NCBI GenBank assembly: GCA_001773385.1
Contig: MEWJ01000020.1
Location: forward strand, 1-57,171
Direction of reading: 5' to 3'
Source of the DNA: a candidate division WWE3 bacterium RIFOXYD1_FULL_43_17
GTDB taxonomy: Bacteria > Patescibacteriota > WWE3 > UBA101185 > UBA10185
DNA length: 57,171 bases
Shown: piece after piece, positions 1-6,908 of the stretch
How the letters are laid out: every line of letters starts with the position of its first letter
Position numbering within the stretch: the first letter of the stretch is position 1
Position numbers and translations under genes: made by a program
Notes under the pieces: generated by a model
The model's database searches: none
What the model was told of the DNA's origin: nothing
Seen by the model: only the letters and a program-made list of their open reading frames with translations

Positions 1-52
1 AACTTTATCTACTAATTTTAAATTAGTGCGGTGTATTTGGATAAAGTTTATG

Positions 53-61
53 TGCTAGAAT
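53..61 (+). promoter_or_regulatory. Extended -10 element 7 nt upstream of ATG 69
   Basis: TGcTAGAAT. No SD between it and the start codon. Confidence 0.3.
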
Positions 62-68
62 TTATGAT

Positions 69-1088
69 ATGAAGAAAATATCAATGATCATAGTAAATTA
101 CTGCACTAAGGGACTAATCGAGAAAAACATCAACACTCTTCTCGAAGCCTATGAAAACTGTGAGATAATTTTTGTAGACAACGACTCTCCGGATGGCTCG
201 GCTGAGCTTGTCGAAGAAAAATTTGGAAACAATCCAAAAGTTACTCTAATAAAAACTAAAAATAACGGCTTGGCGGCCGGTTATAATCTTGGACTTGAAA
301 AAGCTACGGGGGATTATATTTTATATCTAGGGACTGACGCATTTCCTACAAAAGAAGTCATGGACGGTCTGGTTGAGTATATGGATACTAATCATGACGT
401 AGGAGTGGCTACGGCCAGGTTATATACCAGAGACGGTAGCATAGACATAGACGCCCACAGAAGTTTTCCGACTCCTTGGATTGCAATTACGCACCTCTTG
501 ACTCTGGATAGGCTGTTTCCAAAATCAAAACTGTTTAACAAGTATTCAATGGGTTACGAGGATTTTAATACTATTCATGAGGTCGACGCGTGTATTTCCC
601 ACTTCATGTTTGTCAGACCCGAGGTGCACACACAAGTAAAGCGTTGGGATGAAGACTATTGGTTGTATGGGGAGGATATAGATTTTTGTTATAGAGTCAA
701 AAAAGCCGGTTTCAAAATAATGTATATGGGAAATCTAAGAGTTCTTCACTACAAGGGAGCGGCCGTAGGAAGAGATACGTCAAAAGACATAGATAACGCC
801 ATGAATACCGATTTTGACAGCCTGACCTTTAAAGATGAAAAAATCGAAAAAATTAAAACCGACGAACCCGCCACAACAAACGATAAAACCCAAAAAGTCA
901 GAGTTCCGAGCACCAAACTTTGGATGAAAATTAAGGTTTCAAAAGAATCCACAAAAGCCATGAGAACCTTCTACCGAAAACACTACATGAATAAATACCC
1001 GTTTGTTATAACTTGGCTGGTACTTGTCGGAATTTGGGTAAACGAAAAAATTAAGGTAACAAAGATCTGGCTGAATAACTACTTATAG
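69..1088 (+). CDS. GT2-family glycosyltransferase (rhamnosyltransferase-like) with hydrophobic C-terminal segment
   Basis: 339 aa. GT-A signatures MIIVNYCT and VDNDSPDGS, a DxD-like GTDAF, and the GEDIDFCYR motif typical of rhamnosyltransferase-type GT2. C-terminal FVITWLVLVGIWV helix. No SD upstream. Confidence 0.8.
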   Translation: MKKISMIIVNYCTKGLIEKNINTLLEAYENCEIIFVDNDSPDGSAELVEEKFGNNPKVTLIKTKNNGLAAGYNLGLEKATGDYILYLGTDAFPTKEVMDGLVEYMDTNHDVGVATARLYTRDGSIDIDAHRSFPTPWIAITHLLTLDRLFPKSKLFNKYSMGYEDFNTIHEVDACISHFMFVRPEVHTQVKRWDEDYWLYGEDIDFCYRVKKAGFKIMYMGNLRVLHYKGAAVGRDTSKDIDNAMNTDFDSLTFKDEKIEKIKTDEPATTNDKTQKVRVPSTKLWMKIKVSKESTKAMRTFYRKHYMNKYPFVITWLVLVGIWVNEKIKVTKIWLNNYL

Positions 1089-1096
1089 TTTACTAA

Positions 1097-2089
1097 CTAT
1101 TTATAGTAGGCTTTTTCCCAGTAAGACTTCAAATCTGATAGCTTGGTTTTCATCCAGTCCAGATTATCCAAGTACCATTCAACTGTATTTTTCATACCAA
1201 TTTCAAATGTAATTTCCGGTTCCCATCCAAGTTCCCTCTTTATTTTTTCCACGCTCAGTGAATATCTGAAGTCGTGTCCGGGTCTGTCTTTCACAAACTC
1301 TATTAAAGATTCTGGTTTATTCATCAAAGAAAGAATTGCTTTTACCGTATCGATATTTCTTTTTTCTTCGCCGCTTCCAATATTGTATACTTCGCCAGGT
1401 TGTCCTTTTTCAATCACGGCAAACACCGCGCCAGCACAATCCTTTACATGAAGCCATTCTCTTACATTCTGTCCTTTTCCGTAAACAGGGAGATTCTCAC
1501 CCATGTGTGCTTTAAAAATCATCACAGGTACTAGTTTTTCCGGATACTGCCAAGGTCCATAATTATTTGAAGGTCTTACTGTAATTACAGGTAGGTTGAA
1601 TGTATGAAAATACGCCCTGCCAAGCATGTCCGCGGCTGCTTTGCTCACTGAATAAGGAGAGTGCGGGTTCAAAGGGGTATTTTCCGTAAACTGACCGTCC
1701 TCACCCAACGCACCATAAACTTCATCCGTTGAGAAATTTATGAATTTACTAACACCCACTTCCTTTGCTGCGTCCAAGACAACTTGTGTCCCTCCTACGT
1801 TTGTTTCTATAAAAATCGCGGGATCTTTGATACTTCTGTCAACGTGAGTTTCTGCAGCTGTGTGGACGACAACATCCGGCTTTACCTCCAGCAATATTTT
1901 TGATATTCCTTCTCTGTTCGTAATATCCTCTTTGTAAAAAGAATATTTTTTCTCGTAACCGCGTAGCCTCTCCAGATCTCCCGCGTATGTAACTTTATCA
2001 ACAACAATTGTCTCAAAGCCTTTTTCGATAGACTGTCTTGCAATCTCACTACCTATAAACCCAAGACCTCCTGTTATTAATAGTTTCAT
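1097..2089 (-). CDS. rmlB: dTDP-glucose 4,6-dehydratase
   Basis: Frame of ORF 1097..2134. Start moved to ATG 2089 (MKLLITGGLGFIGS Rossmann loop), which removes the overlap with the rmlD stop. STDEVYG, catalytic YSVSKAAAD (YxxxK) and PGHDFRYS motifs are classic RmlB. Confidence 0.85.
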   Translation of the reverse strand: MKLLITGGLGFIGSEIARQSIEKGFETIVVDKVTYAGDLERLRGYEKKYSFYKEDITNREGISKILLEVKPDVVVHTAAETHVDRSIKDPAIFIETNVGGTQVVLDAAKEVGVSKFINFSTDEVYGALGEDGQFTENTPLNPHSPYSVSKAAADMLGRAYFHTFNLPVITVRPSNNYGPWQYPEKLVPVMIFKAHMGENLPVYGKGQNVREWLHVKDCAGAVFAVIEKGQPGEVYNIGSGEEKRNIDTVKAILSLMNKPESLIEFVKDRPGHDFRYSLSVEKIKRELGWEPEITFEIGMKNTVEWYLDNLDWMKTKLSDLKSYWEKAYYK

Positions 2090-2102
2090 ATTTTGAATTT
2101 TA

Positions 2103-2975
2103 TCACAGCTTAAAATCGAGATAGGCCTGGTCACTAATAAAGTTGCTCAGTTCATCTTCCCAACGAGGTATCTCAATTCCCAAGTCCTTTGAAATCTTTT
2201 TATTGGAAAGCGTAGAATCTTTCGGTAGCTTCGCTGTTAGCTTAAAATAACCAACCTCCACTTTTTTTACTTGCCTGTTTTCGCCGACAGCATTCAATAT
2301 CTCATTTGCCCAATCCCATCTGGAAGCTGTCCCGGAATTTACTGCGTGATACAAACCTTTTAGATTTTTCTCCAGACATTGAATAGTCAAGTCGACCAGC
2401 AATCGAGTAGAAGTGGGTGTTGCAAATTCGTCCACAACCCCAACTAGCTCCTGCCCTTCGTGACACCTTTTCAAGAACTTGTATATAAAATTCTGATTTC
2501 CTTCTCCGTAAAGCCAGGATGTTCTCAAAATAAGGTGGTTAAGCGGTAGCTTCTCTTTCACTAAATACTCCCCCGCCAACTTACTTTTTGCGTACTCGTT
2601 CAGAGGATTTGTCTTGTCTTCTTCGACATAAGGCAGCCCCTTAGTGCCGTTGAAAACATGGTTTGTCCCATAGTGGACCAGAAAACTTCCGTGTTTTTTG
2701 CACATCTCCGCGACATTTCCTACACCGTCTCTATTTACCTTATAAGCTGGTTCGGGTTCCTTTTCGGCGTTCTCAACAAGGTTATAGGCTGCACAGTTTA
2801 TTACTATCTGCGGGGGTTCTTCATCGAATACTTTACTTACTGACTGCATGTCAGTTACATCCATCTCTTCAGCATCTACGCCTTTATACTCAGCACCAAC
2901 CTCACCGAAATATTTTTCAAAGCTACGCCCCAGCTGACCTTTATTTCCTATAAGTAAATATTTTATAATCCTCAT
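2103..2975 (-). CDS. rmlD: dTDP-4-dehydrorhamnose reductase
   Basis: 290 aa. LIGNKGQLG nucleotide-binding loop, YAKSKLAGE (YxxxK) and RTSWLYG motif characteristic of RmlD. Lies immediately upstream of rmlB on the same strand. Confidence 0.8.
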   Translation of the reverse strand: MRIIKYLLIGNKGQLGRSFEKYFGEVGAEYKGVDAEEMDVTDMQSVSKVFDEEPPQIVINCAAYNLVENAEKEPEPAYKVNRDGVGNVAEMCKKHGSFLVHYGTNHVFNGTKGLPYVEEDKTNPLNEYAKSKLAGEYLVKEKLPLNHLILRTSWLYGEGNQNFIYKFLKRCHEGQELVGVVDEFATPTSTRLLVDLTIQCLEKNLKGLYHAVNSGTASRWDWANEILNAVGENRQVKKVEVGYFKLTAKLPKDSTLSNKKISKDLGIEIPRWEDELSNFISDQAYLDFKL

Positions 2976-3016
2976 TATACATCAGAAACGACGCTGTAAT
3001 TCTACTAACCTATAGT

Positions 3017-3045
3017 TTGACTAACCGGTTATTTACTGGTATTAT
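3017..3045 (+). promoter_or_regulatory. Sigma70-like promoter for the HD-domain gene
   Basis: TTGACT (3017-3022), 17-nt spacer, TATTAT (3040-3045). Gives a ~24-nt leader containing AGGAGA. Confidence 0.45.
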
Positions 3046-3075
3046 CAACGAAATCAATAAGAATAGGAGAGAATA

Positions 3076-4368
3076 ATGAGCAGTGTAAGTGTCTCGGGTA
3101 CCGGCATACTGGAGTTAAAGGCTTATGTTAACAGCCCTAACGGACAGAACACCGTCAATCAATTCATTGAATGTCTGAGAGATGAGCTAGGCAGTAGAGA
3201 AAAATATGAGTCTGTCTGCCAAAAGGCTGAACTCTCTACAGAAACCTTCAATGAAATCAATTTCAGAGAGTTTATGGAAAACCTTGTACCGTTTATGCGG
3301 GAGCTCCCGCCAGGACACGATTCAGGTCATCTTTACAGAGACTTCCTTGGATCGGCAGCATTGTTTACAGGAGACCCCGGCATCAACAAGGCGAAATACA
3401 AAAGCGACAGCATTGCCGGCCTATTTGGATTCGCACATGATATTGGAAATTCTTTAATCCATAGGTATGCCGACAAAAACATGATCGCGGGACACGCTGA
3501 GATTGGTGCCTGGGTTGTATTTAACCTTATGAGAGATCTATTCGGTCGGGAAATTTCCATGATTGCAGCTTACGGAATTGCAGCTCATGGTCACCTTACT
3601 AAAGATCTACTCACACCGGGCGGGTTTGTCAGGAAACTGTATTGGGCAGAACTTTTTGACAACAACGGCCTTGTAGGATTCGCTGCCAAAATCATGGCAC
3701 GCGGTTGCGATCGTTTGGACACCGGTGGTGGAGTCAGCCAGCTTGTCCGCGACCTTTTAGCCTCAGCCGATGCTCTTGAGCAAGGTATAAAAGGTTACGA
3801 CATAAAAGGCGGCAGCCAGGATATGGAATACTTCGAGGTCAATCGGGAATCTTTGATTACAAAATTAAAGATTGAGATCAGGCCTCAGGATGCCCGTATC
3901 GGTGGACCGACGATTCTGGAACATCTTGACGGATATGCGAACACACAAATTCAGCAGAATCCTTCAAGTGTATATAACCAGGACGACGATAAGGTTCCAT
4001 TGCTTGCTTTGTTGATAAAAGACAGAGTTGAAAGACAGTGGTTCCTAAAAAACAGAATGCTGGGGATGATGAAATCTTTGTACGCATTAGAACCCGGTGT
4101 TCCCAGTTATGTTGCGTCGTGGTTGAAATTTAAGTCGTTAGCCAGGCAAATCAGCCATGCAGATCCCTGGAAACTGGACCGAACGTTCTCCGTGCTTGAA
4201 AGAGCTTGGCAGGAACAGAATCCGGTTACTTTGGCCGCTTGGGCAGATTCTATCCCGACGATCGGAGAACTGTACAAAGCTGAGGTAGAAAGCTACGCCG
4301 CTATAATTCAGAAATCCGGAACCTTCCTTTCTGATATATCGGCAGACATCCTCAAACGTATTATTTAA
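3076..4368 (+). CDS. HD/HDIG-domain putative metal-dependent phosphohydrolase with a large unassigned C-terminal region
   Basis: 430 aa. FAHDIGNSL, GHAEIGA, AAHGH and CDRLD are spaced like the H..HD..H..D ligands of HD-superfamily enzymes. AGGAGA SD lies 6 nt upstream. Flanked by promoter 3017..3045 and terminator 4377..4421. Confidence 0.5.
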   Translation: MSSVSVSGTGILELKAYVNSPNGQNTVNQFIECLRDELGSREKYESVCQKAELSTETFNEINFREFMENLVPFMRELPPGHDSGHLYRDFLGSAALFTGDPGINKAKYKSDSIAGLFGFAHDIGNSLIHRYADKNMIAGHAEIGAWVVFNLMRDLFGREISMIAAYGIAAHGHLTKDLLTPGGFVRKLYWAELFDNNGLVGFAAKIMARGCDRLDTGGGVSQLVRDLLASADALEQGIKGYDIKGGSQDMEYFEVNRESLITKLKIEIRPQDARIGGPTILEHLDGYANTQIQQNPSSVYNQDDDKVPLLALLIKDRVERQWFLKNRMLGMMKSLYALEPGVPSYVASWLKFKSLARQISHADPWKLDRTFSVLERAWQEQNPVTLAAWADSIPTIGELYKAEVESYAAIIQKSGTFLSDISADILKRII

Positions 4369-4376
4369 TACGACTA

Positions 4377-4421
4377 GAACCGCAGACTTCTATGCAAATA
4401 GAAACTGCGGTTCATTTTTTT
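4377..4421 (+). terminator. Rho-independent terminator after the HD-domain gene
   Basis: GAACCGCAG (4377-4385) pairs with CTGCGGTTC (4405-4413). An inner TTCTAT/ATAGAA stem carries a GCAA loop, followed by ATTTTTTT. Confidence 0.7.
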
Positions 4422-4448
4422 GCTTATATTCCCCACTTTGATTAATAT
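4420..4448 (+). promoter_or_regulatory. Sigma70-like promoter placing the TSS at or next to ATG 4455
   Basis: TTGCTT (4420-4425), 17-nt spacer, TAATAT (4443-4448). 6 nt to the ATG, with no SD. Confidence 0.4.
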
Positions 4449-4454
4449 ATAAAA

Positions 4455-5615
4455 ATGGATAAGCCTAAAGTAGTTGGAATAGACGCGCGTTTCTATGGAA
4501 AAGCAGGTCCAGGCCGATACACAAAAAACATCATCAAATATCTGGAACAGATAGACAAAAAAAATAACTACATTATTTTTCTCAGAAAAGACTCGTTCGA
4601 AGATTACCTGCCTCAAAATCCAAATTTTAAAAAAGTGCTGGCTGAATACGTATGGTATTCGTGGGATGAGCAAATCAGGTTTTTGTTCAAAATTTTTCAG
4701 CAACGTTTGGACCTTTTCTATGTTCCTCACTTCAATGTACCTGTCTTGTACCCCGCGAGAATCGTTACCGCCATCCCTGATATCATAATGCATACTTTCA
4801 GCACAGAAGCCGGGACAACGTTGTGGAAACCGTATTTTAAGTTTAAAAAAATTATTTATAAAATAGTATTTTGGTGGGCGGTTAGAAGATCTTTTAAAGT
4901 CATTGTTCCTACAAAAGAGGTATTCCGTGATTTTAAGTCAATCTATCCAAGCGTTCCCGATGATAAATTTGTGGTAGCAACGGAAGGTATTGATCCCGAT
5001 CTGACATCGGCTAGAATGGATGACACACCCGCGGTTTTGAACAAATACGGGATAAAAAAGCCATTTTTGTTATACCTGAGCAGCATGTACGAACACAAAA
5101 ACGTCCCCAGGCTTTTGGAAGCTTTCAAGATCTTAACTGAGAAATACAACTTTGCCGGCTCTCTTGTTTTGGTTGGCAAAAAGGATAAATTTTCAGAACG
5201 AATTCGAGAACTTGTAAAAGAGATGAATCTTGAAGGAAGAGTCCTCATGCCCGGTATGCAAGGCTTTGTTACTGACGAAGAAACTATAGCCTTAAGAAAA
5301 GAGGCGCTAGCTTACGTTTTCCCTGCCCTAAAAGAAGGTTTCAGCCTGACCCCGCTTGAGGCACAATACTACGGTCTTCCGTGTGCGGTTTCCGACATTC
5401 CTTGTCACCGTGAGGTATACGGTGATTCGGTCTCATATTTCGATCCGCTTGATGTAAAAGATATGGCAGAAAAAATCAACCGGGTCCTAATAGACGATAG
5501 CATTAGGCAGGAACTTATAACCAAAGGGTACGAAAGAACAAAACTTTATAGCTGGCTGCATACCGCAGAAGTCACGCTAAGTGTGTTCAATAAAGCTCTG
5601 GGTGTCAAAGACTAG
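4455..5615 (+). CDS. GT4-family (GT-B, group 1) glycosyltransferase
   Basis: 386 aa. C-terminal KEGFSLTPLEAQYYGLPCAVSDIP matches the GT4 E-x7-E donor-binding motif. No SD upstream. Confidence 0.8.
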   Translation: MDKPKVVGIDARFYGKAGPGRYTKNIIKYLEQIDKKNNYIIFLRKDSFEDYLPQNPNFKKVLAEYVWYSWDEQIRFLFKIFQQRLDLFYVPHFNVPVLYPARIVTAIPDIIMHTFSTEAGTTLWKPYFKFKKIIYKIVFWWAVRRSFKVIVPTKEVFRDFKSIYPSVPDDKFVVATEGIDPDLTSARMDDTPAVLNKYGIKKPFLLYLSSMYEHKNVPRLLEAFKILTEKYNFAGSLVLVGKKDKFSERIRELVKEMNLEGRVLMPGMQGFVTDEETIALRKEALAYVFPALKEGFSLTPLEAQYYGLPCAVSDIPCHREVYGDSVSYFDPLDVKDMAEKINRVLIDDSIRQELITKGYERTKLYSWLHTAEVTLSVFNKALGVKD

Positions 5616-5648
5616 GGGATACCTCGCATTCCACTATTAAAACGAAAC

Positions 5649-5657
5649 TGATAGAAT
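5649..5657 (+). promoter_or_regulatory. Extended -10 element 6 nt upstream of GTG 5664 (flippase)
   Basis: TGaTAGAAT. No SD. Confidence 0.3.
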
Positions 5658-5663
5658 TGGCCT

Positions 5664-6908
5664 GTGCCAGCTAAATCACTGAAAAAAATCTCATTTGTAG
5701 GACTTGGAAATATATTTAACGCCGGGTTTGGGTTCTTCTTTCTGGCCGCCGTGGCGCGCACCCTTGATCTGGAAACTTTCGGCAAGTATGCCCTGTTATC
5801 TACGCTTCTTCTCACCATTTCAAAAATTGTGGATTTCGGCGCAAATTCGGTTTACGTTGCGAGGTCGATAAAGGAACAAAATAGCAAGTTATCCAGTACG
5901 TTGTTTACCCTCAAGGTTCTGCAATTTTTAATCTCGGTTCCCATTTCCTTAGTCAGCTTAAAATTACTAAATATTTTTGACGGGACAACCGCCTTAATAT
6001 TCATTCTCGGGATTCTTGCCTACACAATGAACTATCTTTTCTACGCATACTTTCAGCGTGCGGAAAAATATGCAGAGATGGTTCTTTTGAATACAATCCC
6101 TCAATTAATTAAAGGTGTTTTTGCTTTACTTTTTTTCACAGCAATTGTTACACCCAGCTTAAATTTAGCTTTCGGAGTTTTTTCGCTAACTATTTTCGCC
6201 GGAATAGTTTTATATTTCTTTTTGCCGGAAGAGAACAAAAAGTTCATATTCAATTTCCACGGAGTCGTAGAGCTTTTCAAAGAATCCTCACCGGCAGGTA
6301 TTTCTCAAATAGTTTACGAAAGTTGGGGAACCCTTAATAACGCAATCGCAAAATTTACAAAAGGTTTCGGCGACGTGGGAATTCTCTCGCTAGCCAATAA
6401 AATCTCAAATCTATTCTCTTTAGCTTCACTTTCAGTTTTTGCCGTTCTTCTACCAAAAAATGCTACGCGCAAATTAGCGGGCAAAAAATATGATTACCAG
6501 GAAACAGCATTAATAGCGGGAGCGATTATTGCCTTGGCAGCCCTAGCTATTACAGGCTCCGAGCTTTTTATTACAACTATTTTCGGTGAAAAATTCTCAG
6601 GTTCTGTAAGGCTCCTCGATATTTTAATTCTTGCAGCAGCAGTGTCAGCCATACACACGTTTATTGAAAATCTTTTCTTTGTTGAAAGTAAAACAGGGTA
6701 TATTATCGCCGCAACTGTAGTAAAACTTTCCACTTACGGATTAACCGCCGTAATTCTAGTACCGAAATTGTCTTTGTATGGAATTGCCTGGTCCAACCTG
6801 GTTTCAGCAATAGCGGGGTTAATCACAGCCCTCTATTTTGTTTCACGCTTTAGGGATTTACCGCAGCCGGAACTGCGACCTGAGCATCGTATTCCTTCTG
6901 AGATATAA
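5664..6908 (+). CDS. MOP/Wzx-type polysaccharide (lipid-linked oligosaccharide) flippase
   Basis: 414 aa with a GTG start. About 12 hydrophobic helices. N-terminus GLGNIFNAGFGFFFLAAVARTLDLETFGKYAL resembles polysaccharide-biosynthesis (MOP) proteins. Confidence 0.65.
   Translation: MPAKSLKKISFVGLGNIFNAGFGFFFLAAVARTLDLETFGKYALLSTLLLTISKIVDFGANSVYVARSIKEQNSKLSSTLFTLKVLQFLISVPISLVSLKLLNIFDGTTALIFILGILAYTMNYLFYAYFQRAEKYAEMVLLNTIPQLIKGVFALLFFTAIVTPSLNLAFGVFSLTIFAGIVLYFFLPEENKKFIFNFHGVVELFKESSPAGISQIVYESWGTLNNAIAKFTKGFGDVGILSLANKISNLFSLASLSVFAVLLPKNATRKLAGKKYDYQETALIAGAIIALAALAITGSELFITTIFGEKFSGSVRLLDILILAAAVSAIHTFIENLFFVESKTGYIIAATVVKLSTYGLTAVILVPKLSLYGIAWSNLVSAIAGLITALYFVSRFRDLPQPELRPEHRIPSEI

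Noticed and set aside
4374-4793. 139-aa minus-strand ORF
   Set aside because: It is antisense to the well-supported GT4 gene 4455..5615 and extends through the terminator hairpin and promoter at 4377-4448, so it is a shadow ORF.
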